The notes below the pieces were generated by a model. That model was not told where the DNA came from. It ran no database searches and was given only the letters and a program-made list of their open reading frames with translations. DNA of 64,000 bases. Origin: an uncultured Planctomycetota bacterium. Lineage in GTDB: Bacteria; Planctomycetota; Planctomycetia; Gemmatales; Gemmataceae. Location of the stretch: assembly GCA_963849325.1 (NCBI GenBank), contig CAWKHF010000005.1, positions 512,001-576,000 on the forward strand. The letters are read 5' to 3'. The first letter of the stretch is position 1, and the number at the start of each line of letters is the position of its first letter. Made by a program: the position numbers and the translations under genes. Shown piece by piece: positions 11,668 to 23,625 of the stretch.

Positions 11668-12968
11668 TCACGCGGGAAAGGCCGAACCGATCTCGATGTT
11701 GAAGCGCTGGCGCAGGTCCGTGTGCGCGATTTCCATGCGCCGCCGATCCTCGGACGACACGAGGCATGGATCGGGCTGCCAACACAGGGGCGCCAGATCG
11801 CAAGTCCATTCCTCGCCGACCGCGAGCTGGTGTTGCTTGATGATCTCGTTGAGGACGGCGCTGCTGCGAAAGCAGGAAATGTGTTGTTCCGCCCAGGCCC
11901 GCGGCGAGTAGCGGTCGGATTGGGCGATGAACTCCACGAGTTGCCCGGCCAGGTCGTCGTCGCGCAGCAGGCGTCCCGTGCGCGGATTGATGAAGGCGCG
12001 CGAGCCGATCTCGGCATGTTCCAGCAATGCCGCTGGCGTATCGGCGAACAGCGATTCGGCCACGACGACGCACGAACCTTCCCGCCGCGACAGGATCACG
12101 CTGGCCCGCGAACGACACAGGGCGTCCACCACTTCTTCGTAGCGAGCGTTGCTCAAAAGCCGGAAGCGGTCGCGCACGCCGTAGCAGTCGGCCGCCGACC
12201 GGATCGTCTCCGCCGTGCGCGAATCCTGGTCCTGGCCAATCAAGAGGATGCGCAGATCAGCCGGCATGTTGCGGATGGCCTTGAACAGCGCGTAATGCCG
12301 TTTGAACTTGGCGAAGTTGGCGACCATCACCAGGTCGATGTCGCGCTGCGAACGCGGCCGCGGCTGGAACAGGTCGGGGTGGACCCAGCTGGAGGCGTAC
12401 AACGGAACGACCGCGTAATTGGGGGCGATGCGCGGAAGAATGTCTTCCTCTTCTTGATGGCTAATCAGGGTAAAGATGGTGGAAGGATAAACCGTGGGGA
12501 AAACATAGTTAATGATATTGTGGGGATCGCCGCTGGGTGCGACGACGAGATTATAGCGACGGGCGAATTCTTCCAGTTTGCAATGGATAAATAACTTGAA
12601 CCACTCACCCTCGAAGGAAATGAACAGAACGCCCTTCTCGCGTTCGCTGATGCAGGGTTTGAGGAGGACCGCCTTGGCGATGTGACGATTGTCCAGGTCG
12701 GGCACGAATTCGGTCCAGTCCACGCGCTCGGGCGCATCCGCCAAACCTGTTCCCGAATGCGGCCGATGCGTCGCTGTCCCTCCTCCGGTGAGGCCAGGCG
12801 AGCGGCGGCGCACAGGGCGCGGACGGAGCGGGCGAGGGTCTGGTCGTCGCCGGGGTTGGCGCCGGCGTGGCGCAGCCAGGCCCAGCTGCTCAGCCAACGA
12901 CGCACGCGCGGATGGTAACGAAGGTGGTCCTCCCCTTCGATCGCACAGCGTTTGAGCCAGGAAATCAT
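11668..12968 (-). CDS. Glycosyltransferase (GT-B/GT4-like); frameshifted near the N-terminus
   Basis: ATGA overlap with the upstream gene at 12965-12968; VANFAKFKRH and SRREGSCVVVAESL (EX7E motif). Confidence 0.75.
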
Positions 12969-14140
12969 TGAGCTTGTCCACAGTCCACAGTCGGAGCCGT
13001 TCGCGGCTGGGCGCCAAGCCGCAAGCCTCTCGAACCGCGAACGGCGTTGAATAACCGTTGATACTCCCGCGCCTGGGCCGCGAAGGTAAATTCCTCGCGG
13101 ATGAGCTGCCGGCCACACTCGCCCATGACACGGCGCAGCGGCTCGTCACTGAGAACATCGCGGATGCGCCGTGCCAGCGCTGCCGGATCGCCCGGCGGCA
13201 CCAAGTAACCGTTGATGCCATCGCGGACGACCTCGGGCGTCCCGCCCACGGCCGTCGCCACGACCGGCACTCCCGACGCCAAGGCTTCTAGCACGATGAC
13301 CGGCAGTCCCTCCGTCCACGAAGACAGCACGGCCAGGTCGCAGCTCGGCAAGAAACGCTGGACGTCCGTGCGGAAGCCGGCCAGCACGAACGTCCCCGTC
13401 AACCCACGCGCGGCGATCTGCTCGGCCAGCGTCTCGCGTAGCGGGCCGTCGCCGAAGAGCACGAAGCCGGCGCTCGGGTCTTGCCGCGCTACCAGCGCCG
13501 CCGCGGCGATGAACTGGTCGAAGCCTTTCTCGGGACTGAGACGCCCCGCTGCCGCGATGATGCGTATGCGCGGTTGGGCGAACCACGATTGCATCGCATG
13601 GCGATAAGACGGATCGATTTTTTCGCATGATTCGGGATCGATGGCGTTGCGAATGACGACGATGCGCTCCGGGGCGACGCCGGCACGGCGCACCCGCGCC
13701 GCCTGCGCTGCGGAGACGCACACCGTTCGATCCATCCAGCGCAGCACCAGCCGGTCGAGCAGTTCGTTGAGGCGCACCTTCCACGTCGCCGCCGTCCAGC
13801 CGTGCGAGATGGAGACGACCGGCACGCCGGCCCGGCGAGCCGCCCGCCAGCCAATCACGTCCGGCTTGTAGCCGCTGCAACACAGCACGTCGGCGCCGAG
13901 GCGGCGCAGGTGCTCGGCTACCTCTCGCACCGCCCGGCCGAGGCGCGGGGCGTTCGCGCTCAGTTCGATGGCCTCGAATCCTTGTCGCCGGGCCGTCTCC
14001 AGAAACGGCCGGCACAGTCCGCGCTCCGCGAACGACAGAAATACCGACTCGTACTCCGCCGACAGGGCGCCGGCGAGGCCGAGGACTTGTCGCTCCGGGC
14101 CGCCGACGAACGGCGAGGCCATCAGATGGACGATACGCAT
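12965..14140 (-). CDS. GT4 glycosyltransferase
   Basis: GGPERQ, AGRLSPEKG, SSWTEGLPVIVLEALASGVPVVATAVGG. Confidence 0.92.
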   Translation of the reverse strand: MRIVHLMASPFVGGPERQVLGLAGALSAEYESVFLSFAERGLCRPFLETARRQGFEAIELSANAPRLGRAVREVAEHLRRLGADVLCCSGYKPDVIGWRAARRAGVPVVSISHGWTAATWKVRLNELLDRLVLRWMDRTVCVSAAQAARVRRAGVAPERIVVIRNAIDPESCEKIDPSYRHAMQSWFAQPRIRIIAAAGRLSPEKGFDQFIAAAALVARQDPSAGFVLFGDGPLRETLAEQIAARGLTGTFVLAGFRTDVQRFLPSCDLAVLSSWTEGLPVIVLEALASGVPVVATAVGGTPEVVRDGINGYLVPPGDPAALARRIRDVLSDEPLRRVMGECGRQLIREEFTFAAQAREYQRLFNAVRGSRGLRLGAQPRTAPTVDCGQAQ

Positions 14141-15378
14141 GCCTCTCCCTCGCACCGCCGACGCTCTTCGCCGAGAACACACTTCTCCCACACTTCTTCG
14201 AGCTTGCCGGCCAGGACGTCCCAGTCGTAGCGCTCGTGTACGACCTGCCGCCCCTGACGCGCCTTCGCCCGCGCCTCCGCTGGATCGCGGAGGCACTCGA
14301 TCAGGGCCGCGGCCATGCCGGCCTCATCCTCGACGACGACAAGGTCTTCGCCGGGCCGCAACGACAATCCCTCGGCGCCGATGCGCGTCGAGACCACGGG
14401 CAGACCGCAGGCCAGGGCTTCGAGGATCTTCAAGCGCGAGCCGCCGCCGATGCGCAGCGGCACGGCCAGGACACCGCTGTCGGCCAGGTACGGCCGCACA
14501 TCGGCGACATCGGCGTGCAGTTCAACGTTGTCCATCGCGGCGACACGCCGCGTCAGCCAGTCGGGAGCATTGCGACCGACAATGCACAGACGGGCGGACG
14601 GCTCGGCGCGGCGGACGGCGGGGAAAATGTCGTCGAGCAGCAGACGCACGGCGTCGAGATTGGGACGCCAATCGAGACTGCCCAGGAACAGGATCGTCTC
14701 GGGCTTGCCTCCGCCGCGAACGCCCTCGAAGAAAGGCCGATCGATGCCGTTATCGACCACGTCCACGCGCTCGACGCCGAACTGACGCCGCACGAGCGCG
14801 GCATCTTCGGGACTGACGGCGACGACGCGATCGACCTCGGCGAACACGCGCCGCTCGAAGCGCTCGAACTTGCGCCATTGCTGCCGGATGTAAAAGCGCT
14901 TCAAGGGATGGCTTTCGTTCTCGTGATAGCGCTGCCAGATCAGCGAATCGACGTTGTGGGCGATGAGCAGACGGCGAGCGGTCGGGTCTGCCGGCAAGGC
15001 GGCGACGTAGGGCGTCCACTCGAACTGCCACAAGTCAACCGAGTGCCAGGCGGCGTAGGAGCGAACCGCCTCGCGCATGCGCCGGCTGCGGTGCGAGGCG
15101 GCCGAGTAGGGCAGAGACGAAAGGAGATTGCCGGCCAGCCGGGCGTAAAAGCCCGGCCCTGTTTTGCGCGGCAGCGGATCTTCGACGAGAATCGGCTCGA
15201 TGCCGTGATCGCCGAGGAAGGCGACGGCCTGGCGTGCCTCGGCCGCCCCGCCCTGGGCGCGGGCGATGTAGGTGAGACGATGACGCCTGGCCAGGCGCAG
15301 CATCAGGTGCAGCGTCCGCAGGCGCTTGCCCGAGGACGGCGGATACGACACGTCTCCATCCACCACGACCGCGTGCAT
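14122..15378 (-). CDS. GT4 glycosyltransferase
   Basis: YPPSSGKRLRT, HNVD, FLGSLDWRPN, GGGSRLKILEALACGLPVVST. Confidence 0.92.
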   Translation of the reverse strand: MHAVVVDGDVSYPPSSGKRLRTLHLMLRLARRHRLTYIARAQGGAAEARQAVAFLGDHGIEPILVEDPLPRKTGPGFYARLAGNLLSSLPYSAASHRSRRMREAVRSYAAWHSVDLWQFEWTPYVAALPADPTARRLLIAHNVDSLIWQRYHENESHPLKRFYIRQQWRKFERFERRVFAEVDRVVAVSPEDAALVRRQFGVERVDVVDNGIDRPFFEGVRGGGKPETILFLGSLDWRPNLDAVRLLLDDIFPAVRRAEPSARLCIVGRNAPDWLTRRVAAMDNVELHADVADVRPYLADSGVLAVPLRIGGGSRLKILEALACGLPVVSTRIGAEGLSLRPGEDLVVVEDEAGMAAALIECLRDPAEARAKARQGRQVVHERYDWDVLAGKLEEVWEKCVLGEERRRCEGEACVSSI

Positions 15379-15456
15379 GGCTGGCTCGTCTTTCCTCGTG
15401 GGACCGGCACCGGGCACCCACCGAAGTTTACGTCACGAAACGCGGCGACGCGGAAG

Positions 15457-16248
15457 TCATTCCTCGTTCGCCGGGAGCGGTTCGCGGGCCGTCGTGAGGA
15501 AAGCGCGGCACAGATCATGACAGGGAATGCCCGACAGATGCAGGACCGTGCAGGCCAGGATGCGCAGGTCGAGCCAGCCGCTGAAATGACGGATGTAGTA
15601 GAGATCGTGAGCCAGTTTGCGACGGACGCCGGGGATGTCCGTATCGGGAGGCAACTGCACCTGCGCCAGCCCGGTGATGCCGGGACGGACGAGCAGTCGG
15701 CCGCGATAGTTGGGGATGGCCCGTTCCAGCGCCGGCACGAACTCCGGCCGTTCCGGTCGCGGCCCGACCAGGCTCATGTCGCCGCGCAGAATGTTCCACA
15801 GTTGCGGCAGTTCGTCCAGGTGCGTGGCGCGGAGGATGCGGCCCAGCGGCGTCACGCGCGGGTCGCCCGGTGTGGACCAGCGGGCGCCGCTGGCTCGTTC
15901 GCAGTTGTGGTACATGGTGCGGACCTTGTACATCGCGAACGGCCGGCCGTGGCGTCCGAGACGCACCTGCGAGTACAGCACCGGGCCGCGCGACGTCAGC
16001 TTGACGAGCAGTGCCGTCACGAGCAGGATCGGCAGGGCCGGCACGACCAGGACCACGGCGATCGTGAAATCGAGGATGGCTTTGCCAGCGACGTACCACG
16101 ATTGCGGACGGGGCTGGACCGCCGGCGTGCGGGTCGGGGCGGATCGAGGCGTCGCGGGCCTTGGCGGCGCCGGGATGCGAGCGACGTCCCGCGTCAAGGA
16201 ATCCGGAGGAGGCAGCGTGGCCGCTTGCGTACCGGGGTGCGCAAACAT
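15457..16248 (-). CDS. Priming sugar transferase (Bac_transf, undecaprenyl-phosphate glycosylphosphotransferase)
   Basis: YKVRTM, DPRVTPLGRILRATHLDELPQLWNILRGDMSLVGPRPERP, PGITGLAQV. Confidence 0.95.
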   Translation of the reverse strand: MFAHPGTQAATLPPPDSLTRDVARIPAPPRPATPRSAPTRTPAVQPRPQSWYVAGKAILDFTIAVVLVVPALPILLVTALLVKLTSRGPVLYSQVRLGRHGRPFAMYKVRTMYHNCERASGARWSTPGDPRVTPLGRILRATHLDELPQLWNILRGDMSLVGPRPERPEFVPALERAIPNYRGRLLVRPGITGLAQVQLPPDTDIPGVRRKLAHDLYYIRHFSGWLDLRILACTVLHLSGIPCHDLCRAFLTTAREPLPANEE

Positions 16249-16407
16249 CTCTTCACCGTGAAAAAATGGAAGGTTCTGTGGACCCGGCCGCGTGAGGGGA
16301 GGGCTACGGCCAGGAGAGCTTTACCCGTATCCGGAGTCAGGGAGGAGACCTGACCGGCGAAGGCACCGCTTCCGCCGTTGGAAGGGCTCACTTCGTATGC
16401 ACGTTTA

Positions 16408-16423
16408 AGCAAACTCGATGCCG
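16408..16423 (-). promoter_or_regulatory. Putative sigma-54 (-24/-12) promoter
   Basis: Minus strand CGGCATCGAGTTTGCT = GG-N10-GC with TTGC, ~160 nt upstream of the sugar transferase. Confidence 0.65.
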
Positions 16424-16544
16424 TTTGCTCGGAAGTACGCTGGCAGTGACAAATAGTTGTCAGTTGTTGGTCATTCCGCCGCCGGCAGGGTCCGCTGGGA
16501 GGGCCATGCGGGCAGACCCACACGAAAGCCGCCGCCGGATCGTA

Positions 16545-17678
16545 TCAGGGATGAACGCCCACGGTGTTAAGAGCGTTAACGCCCTGATACAACTGCTCGT
16601 ATTCGGCGACCATGCGACGCACGTCGAAGTGGGTTTCGACGCGACGGCGGCCGGCCATCCCCAGGCGGACGACTTCGGCACCATCGCGGCACAGCCGCAA
16701 CAGGGCGGCGGCCAACGCCGCCGGGTTTTGCGCCGGCACGAGAATTCCCGTCTCGCCCTCGGCGACCACCTCGGGGTTGCCGCCGACGCGCGTGGCGACG
16801 ATGGGCAGTCCGCTCGCCATCGCTTCCAGCAGCGTCAGCGAAATGCCTTCGGACAGCGAGGACAGGACGAACAGTCCCGCCCGCGCCAGCAGGCCGGCCA
16901 CGTCGCGCACTTGGCCCAGGAAACGAACGTGCGTTTGCAGTCCCAGTTCCGACGCGGTTTGTCGCAGAGCAGGCAGGCACGGCCCGTCGCCGGCGATTTC
17001 CAGGCGGAAGGCCGGATCCTCGCGGACGACGAGGGCCGTCGCCCGCAGCAACGTGTCGATGTCCTTCTCGGGACTTAGCCGGGCCACGAGGACAGCCGGT
17101 CCGTCCGGGCGCGGCCCGGTGCAGGGGAAGCGCTGCACGTCGATGCCGTTGCGGATGGTCCGCACCTTGCGCGGACGCACGCCTTGCCGCACGGCCAGGC
17201 GGCCGCTGTCGTCGGAGACGCACACAAAGCGATCGATCAGGCGGGACGCCGTGCCGACCAGCATCCTCTGGCGCCGGCTCAGGTGCGGGCTGCGGCCGTG
17301 GCGCGTGTGGAGGATGCGCGGCACGTTCGCCAGACGGCCGGCGAAGGTGCCGTAAAGGTGGGCGCGGTCGTCGTGCGTGTGAATGACATCGGCCTGCCAG
17401 CTGGCGGAAGCAGCCGGGCCAGGCGCACGACCAACCGAGGACGAAGACCGTCCGGCTCGTCCAGCGCCGTCACCGGCCAGCCGCACGCCTCGACTTCCTC
17501 GGCCAGTACGCCGCGCCGCCCAGGGCGACAAATCGCAGGGCGAAGCGACGGCGGTCGGCGTGACGGGCGAACTCGACGAGCAGTTTCTCCAGCCCGCCCA
17601 TGTCCAGCCCCGGCGTGACGTGGACCACGCGCAGCCGGCGTTCCGGTGACACCAGGATGCCCAAAGGGAAAACTCCAT
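16545..17678 (-). CDS. GT4 glycosyltransferase; frameshifted
   Basis: LRVVHVTPGLDMGGLEKLL (frame 17470..17664) joins VARLSPEKD...SSLSEGISLTLLEAMASGLPIVATRVGG. Confidence 0.88.
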   Translation of the reverse strand: MEFSLWASWCHRNAGCAWSTSRRGWTWAGWRNCSSSSPVTPTAVASPCDLSPWAARRTGRGSRGVRLAGDGAGRAGRSSSSVGRAPGPAASASWQADVIHTHDDRAHLYGTFAGRLANVPRILHTRHGRSPHLSRRQRMLVGTASRLIDRFVCVSDDSGRLAVRQGVRPRKVRTIRNGIDVQRFPCTGPRPDGPAVLVARLSPEKDIDTLLRATALVVREDPAFRLEIAGDGPCLPALRQTASELGLQTHVRFLGQVRDVAGLLARAGLFVLSSLSEGISLTLLEAMASGLPIVATRVGGNPEVVAEGETGILVPAQNPAALAAALLRLCRDGAEVVRLGMAGRRRVETHFDVRRMVAEYEQLYQGVNALNTVGVHP

Positions 17679-17699
17679 AGTTGCAGAGTATTACCAGCC

Positions 17700-18695
17700 C
17701 GGATCGCAGCGACGGGTGAGACCCGTCGCTGCGCTCCGGGCTGGTAATGCCTCACGATCACGTCAACCCTACCGGGGCGCGGTTTGCGTCCCGTGGCCCA
17801 GGATTGGCCGGCCCAGGCCGTCGATTTCAGCAGGATCCACCAGGCCCGCGGCGACCACGGCTGGCCGGCGACGCGCAGCCACGCCGGACGAATCGCCTCG
17901 CGCGGCTCGCCGTTGCCCAAGTGGCTCGCCGCCCACTCGCGATAGACGCGCCTCTCCCAGGCGCGCACGCCGGCGCGGCCGAGGATCGATCGCGTGTCGG
18001 CGCACGACAGTGAGCATGTTGCGCGAATCGGCCGCCACGTCCGAGCGCGACAGCGAACCCGCCTCCAGCACCGCCGTGGCCAGCGGCTCCGCGAGGAAAT
18101 ACACCGGGGCGATCAGGACCAGGCGGACCCACAAGTCCACGTCCTCGGCGGTGGCCAGGGTCGTGTCGAAGCGACGATCGCCCAGCACCGTCCGCCGCAC
18201 AAGTACCGTCGAGGTCCAGATCTTGCGGGCGACGGCCAGCGTCTCCGGTCCCTGGACCGTCAGTACACGGTCGAGGTGTTGCGGCGGCGGCAGACTGTTC
18301 GGATAGCGCGGTTTACCGGGAGGTTCGAGGTAATAATGGGCCGCGACCAGGCCGACCTTGGGATGGCTCTGAAGGACGGCCAGCTGGCGCTCCAGCTTGC
18401 CGCGTTCCCAGTAATCGTCGGCGTCGAGGAAGGCAATCCATTCGCCTGTCGCCAGGTCGATGCCGCGATTGCGGGCGCTGGCGGCGCCGCCGTTGGCCTG
18501 GCGGACCAATCGCACGCGCTCTCCGTAGGGCGTCAGCGCCGCCGCTAGGTCGTCGGGGCTGCCGTCGTCGATGACGAGGATCTCGTCCGGGGTCCGTGTT
18601 TGTGACAACAGGCTGTCAACGGCCCGGCCGACGGTGCGGGCCGCCCGGTAGGCCGGGATGATGACGCTCACCGTCGGATGCGGGTCGCTGCTCAC
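17700..18695 (-). CDS. GT2 family glycosyltransferase; 3' end uncertain (frameshift)
   Basis: VSVIIPAY, IDDGSPD, NGGAASARNRG, FLDADD, AEDVDLW. Confidence 0.88.
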
Positions 18696-19679
18696 GAGTT
18701 GAGCCTCCAGGAAGCCGTGTCGAGCGCTTGCGGCGGCCGGATGTTCAGTGTACGCACCGCGAAGGCCCGCAGACGCTCGGCGCGGGCATAGCCGAGCACG
18801 CGAGCCATCAGGCGGAAGCGCCAACCGTAATTGCCGAACCCTTCGCGGGCCTGCAATTCCTTGATGCGTCGCAGCAGGCCGTCGAGCAGCGCCGGCTCGC
18901 GGACGCCCAGGCGCACCAGCCCCTCATAAGCGCCCTGCTCGAATTTCAGCAAGTCGAGTCCGAACCAGTCGCGCCGGCCGCGCCGACGCAATTCGTCGTG
19001 CAGCTGCATCACCAGGCGCGACTGCGAACGTACCCAGGCGGAACGGTCGGCGCTGGCCGAACCCGCCCGCTGGCGGTAGTAACAGCCCACGCGCGGATCG
19101 ACCTTGAAGATGGGAGCGAGCAAACCAACGCGGCAGGCGAAGTACCAGTCCTCGGCGTGCGTCACGCCCTCGGCGAAGCCGCCGGCCTCGCGCACCAGGC
19201 GGGCCGGGAACAAAAAGCCGAGGATGCTGCCCCAATCGAACGGCTTGAACAGGTCCGGCAACAGGGCGGTTGCCGGCGGTACGTGATCGAGGTATTCCTC
19301 GGGATGACCGTCGCGGAAGAGGCGAACGCCGGTGAATGACACACAACTGTCACTGTCTCCGGTCAATTCCATCTGCCGGGCGATCTGCTCGGGATGCAGG
19401 TAGTCGTCGGCGTCGAGGAACTTCAGGTAGGCGCCGCGCGCATGCTCGATGCCGGTGTTGCGCGCCGCCGAGATGCCGCCGTTGGGCCGTCCATACGTAG
19501 CGGATGCGGTCGCCGTAGCCGTGGGCGACAGCCTCGGTATCGTCGTCGGAGCCGTCGTTGACGACGACGGCCTCGACGGCCGGATAGCTCTGGGCCAGCA
19601 CACTGTCGATCGCTTCCGGCAGATAGCGGGCCTGCCGATAGCACGGAATGATGACGGAAACCAACGGCGTATCGCGCAC
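18692..19679 (-). CDS. GT2 family glycosyltransferase; frameshift near 19490
   Basis: AGGAGG RBS before GTG 19679; [36 protein letters not shown]. Confidence 0.88.
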
Positions 19680-19712
19680 AACTCGCCTCCTGACACGGGC
19701 ACAGAGGCCATT

Positions 19713-19816
19713 TTTCTCCCCTCTCCCCCGCTTCGGGGGAGAGGGGTAGGGGGTGAGGGGGGACACCGCCCCCTCACCCCCTACCCCTCTCCCCCGAAGC
19801 GGGGGAGAGGGGAGAA
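19713..19816. repeat. Composite nested palindrome (family C)
   Basis: CTCCCCTCTCCCCCGCTTCGGGGGAGAGGGGTAGGGGGTGAGGGG followed by its reverse complement. Confidence 0.9.
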
Positions 19817-19819
19817 GAA

Positions 19820-21120
19820 GGATGCCTCCCGATACGGATACGGGGGCGGCGGCGCCCCAGTGCTGCGGGATCATGCAATAACCGTTCTTGTCCGTCACCG
19901 GCGAACGAGCGTCCTGGAAATTGCGGAAGTAGTTGCCCGGCTCGACGCGCAGCACGGCGCCGTCGAGGATGTAATCTTCCGTCTCGCCCATGATGCCGCA
20001 CCACAGATCGAGCCGATACTGGCTGGGCAGAAGCGGCAGGCGCGGGACGTAACACGTTACCTCACGGGCGGCGGCGCCGGTCGTTGGACTTTCGCCGGTG
20101 AAATGCGAGCCGACCTCGGTGATGCGCAGTCCCTGCGGCTCACGGATGGCAATACCGATTTCCAGCGGAGCCGGCAGTGGGCCGTCGTCGGGTGTGCTCA
20201 GCCGCAAGCGCAGGTACAGGTCTTCGCCGGTGACGGCGTAGGGCCGCGGCCGGCCGCCGGCGTCGAGCAGGGTCAGTTCCTCGAAGCGAAAACGCCCCTC
20301 GCCGGCGCGGTCGTGCCGCTCGCTCAGCGGAGTATGGGCGGCGGCATCGCCGGCCTTGAGGTACTCCGTCACCACGTCGCGGCTCGAACCGACCTGTTTG
20401 ACTCGGCCGCGTTCCAGCAGGACGGCTCGTTTGCACAGCGTTTGCACCGCGCCCATGTTGTGACTGACGAACAGCACCGTCCGCCCCTGCCCAGCCACGT
20501 CGCCCATCTTGCTCATGCACTTGCGCTGAAACTCCGCGTCGCCGACGGCCAGCACCTCATCGACAATAAGTATCTCCGGTTCCAGGTGAGCGGCCACGGC
20601 GAACGCCAGGCGGACGTACATGCCGCTGGAGTAGTGCTTGACCGGCGTATCGAGAAACTTCTCGACCTCGGCGAAAGCCACGATTTCGTCGAACTTGCGC
20701 GCGATCTCGGCCCGGCTCATGCCGAGAATGGCACCGTTGAGGTAGACGTTCTCGCGGCCGGTCAATTCCGGGTGGAAGCCGGTGCCGACCTCCAGCAGAC
20801 TGCCGACTCGTCCGCGCAGCTCGACCTCGCCGGTGGTCGGCTTGGTGATGCGCGACAGCACTTTCAGCAGCGTGGATTTGCCCGCGCCGTTGCGGCCGAC
20901 GATGCCCAGCGCCTCGCCCGCTTGCAGCTCGAAGCTGACGTCTCGCAGCGCCCAGAATTCCTCGCGTCCGTGGCCGGTGGTTCGTAAAGCGGCGCAGCGG
21001 CGAACGCAGCACGCTCATCACGTCCTCGCGCAGACTGCGGTAGCTGTAGCCGCCGCGCGGCCCGGCGGTTTGCAGGCGATAACATTTTCCCAGCTGTGCG
21101 ACACGGATCACGGGAAGCAT
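19820..21120 (-). CDS. wzt: Polysaccharide ABC transporter ATP-binding protein with Wzt C-terminal domain; frameshifted, stop uncertain
   Basis: [65 protein letters not shown]. Confidence 0.92.
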
Positions 21121-21125
21121 ATTTC

Positions 21126-21197
21126 AGTTCTGAGTTCTGAGTTCTGAGTTCTGAGTGCCTGGCTCTGATTTTCACTCAGAACTCAGAACTCAGAACT
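21126..21197. repeat. Inverted heptamer arrays (AGTTCTG)x4 ... (CAGAACT)x3
   Basis: Counted directly; fills the wzm-wzt gap. Confidence 0.92.
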
Positions 21198-21201
21198 TCG
21201 G

Positions 21202-22111
21202 TTAAATCACGTCGGCGAACGAATCCTCGACGCGGCGGAAATACAGGCATCCGGCCAAAAACAGCGACACGCTCAGCACGGCGGCGAGGGCGACGTGGCC
21301 CCAGGCGATCGGCCCGGCCGCTTCGCCGAGCACGGCGGCACGAAAGGCGGCGATGAGGCTGGTCATCGGGTTCAGCGCCAGGAACACTTGCAGGGCCGCG
21401 GAAGCGTCCGAGTCCGGCTGCATGTACACCGTCGGCGTGGCGAACATCCAGAATTGCGTCAAAAACGGTATCACATAGCGAAAATCACGGTAAGTGACGT
21501 TGAGGGCCGCCATGAGCGTGCCGACGCCGACCGCCGCCAGCAGGATCAGCCCCAGGAACAGCGGGGCGAGCACGATCCGCGCATCCGGCGCGATGCCGTG
21601 GCACAGCATCAGCACGAACAGCAGGCCGAAGGCGATCAGGCAATCGACCAGGGCGGCGCCGACCGAGGCGAGCGGCACGGCCAGGCGCGGGAAGTATACC
21701 TTGGTAATGAGCCGTTCCGAGCCGACCACGCTGTTGCCGGCGCTGGTGATGGCCGTGGCGAAGAAGGTCCAGGGCAATAGGCCGGCGTAGACGAACACGG
21801 AGTAGTCCACGCCGCCGGAAGAGACGTGGGCCAGGCGGCCGAAGAAGATGGTGAAGACCACCATCATCAAGGCCGGGTTGCAGCACCGCCCAGGCGGCGC
21901 CGAGCAGGGTCTGCTTGTAGCGCACCTTCACGTCGCGCCAGGCCAGGATGAAGATCAACTCGCGGTACTGCCACAGCTCGCGGAGATTGATAAGCTGCCA
22001 GGCGCGGGCCGGGCGAATGAGCGTGAGCACCGGCGGCGGGCCGGAGGGCAACACGTCCGGTTCGCAACCCGTTTGCGGGACTTCCTCGACAACGGCTTGA
22101 CTGCTCATCAT
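21202..22111 (-). CDS. wzm: Polysaccharide ABC transporter permease; frameshift near 21870
   Basis: [67 protein letters not shown]. Confidence 0.92.
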
Positions 22112-22114
22112 CAA

Positions 22115-23503
22115 CCTCATCCTCAGACCGCGGAACAGGCGGAGAAACACGTACAGGGCGATCAGGGCGGCGACGGCGATGCCGGCCAGTCGCGCCAGCA
22201 GGCGAGCGTCGAAGCGCGGCGCCGGCGCCGGCGGCGTCGTCGCGGTCATGCGCAGGTAGACGCCGGCCAGGGCCAGGATGGTGTAGGTCGGAATGATGTA
22301 GCACAGCGTCAGCGACATCATGCTGACCGCGTAGCCGCCGACGACGCCCATCACGATACGGATGCATGCGGCGCAGGTCGGGATCGAGGATGTGCCGACC
22401 ATCCGCGCTCAGACGATACAACGACCCCAGGGCGAGGACGAAGGCGCCGACGAAGAACATGCCGCCCAGAAAGCCCAGCTCCGCGAAGGCGTGAACGTAG
22501 GAATTATGGGCGACCAGGCCCACTTCCTGGTCGAAGCGGTCGCGGCCGATGCCGAACAACGGCGATTGCCGAAACTGCACCAGTCCCTCGCTCCACAGCT
22601 GAATGCGCTCCTGTCCGGTGCCGCCGGACGTGCTCAGGTCGGTCTGCCGGCCGGCGAAGAACACGAACAACACCGGCAGCAACGCCGCGCCGATCAGCAC
22701 GGCCATGCGCCAGCCGAAGCGCGTCCGCAGCAGCAGAAACAGGCCGGCCATCAGCGCCAGCAGTGCCGCCGCGCGACTGGGTTAGAGATAAGCGCATATA
22801 GAAAAAGGAGCAATGAACCGACCCAGAGGAAACGAAGCGGGCCGGAGGCGCGGTCGGTTATCCAGTACAGGGCGAGCACGACCGAGATCACGAGCAGAGA
22901 TGCCGAGGTCGTTGGGATCCTGGAAGATGCCGCTGCCGCGCAGGCGACACGGCCACCACGGCCGCCCCGGTGATCTTGTCCTCGCCCTGCTCCTTCAGCG
23001 GGTTGAGGTTGGGCAGCGTGATGGCGCCGTGATACTGCAGCACGGCCAGGAGGGCGACGACGGAGGCGAACAGCAGCAGCCACCACAGCATCCAGCGCAG
23101 GCGAACCGGCGTGTTGACCAGGCCGACGAAAAGCAGGAAATACAGCACCATCTTGAAAAAGTCCCAGCCCAACTGGGCCGTTTCGTCGAAGCGGAAGGCG
23201 GTCAGGTGCGACAGGACCACGGCCAGCAACAGGCCGAGGACGCAGACCGTGATCGGCCGCGCTTCCAGGTCTTTCGGCTGAAACTGTTCGAGGAGGACTG
23301 GGAAACAGGTCAGCAGGCAGGCCAGGATGCAGACCTGGTAGATCTCCCAGCCCGAGCAGGGCCGGGACGATCTCCGCCGGCCGGACGAAGAGCATGGCGT
23401 TGAGGATGACGAAGAGGGCAAAGCCCAGTCCGTAGCGCGGCACCAGCGAACCCGGCTCGTCAACGGGAGCGAAACGTGGATCAGGTGCGGCCAGCGAAGA
23501 CAT
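22115..23503 (-). CDS. O-antigen ligase/polymerase (Wzy_C/WaaL) family protein; frameshifted
   Basis: Polytopic; [41 protein letters not shown]. Confidence 0.85.
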
Positions 23504-23625
23504 CGATTCTCACGGAACAATCCGAGGTTCCGATCGCGCGGCGTCTCTCTGTGCAAACATAGCCCACGACTGCGGGCGACTGCCTGCGATCGCGCGAAGT
23601 TTCGATTGGGCCGCAAGGACCGCAT

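Noticed and set aside
19350-20861. Apparent Wzt-GT2 fusion
   Set aside because: The read-through crosses a G/C-homopolymer-rich repeat, and the GT2 has a strong AGGAGG RBS before GTG 19679.
23552-23566. Third sigma-54-like motif before the ligase gene (TGGGCTATGTTTGCA)
   Set aside because: GG-GC spacing is 9 rather than the required 10.
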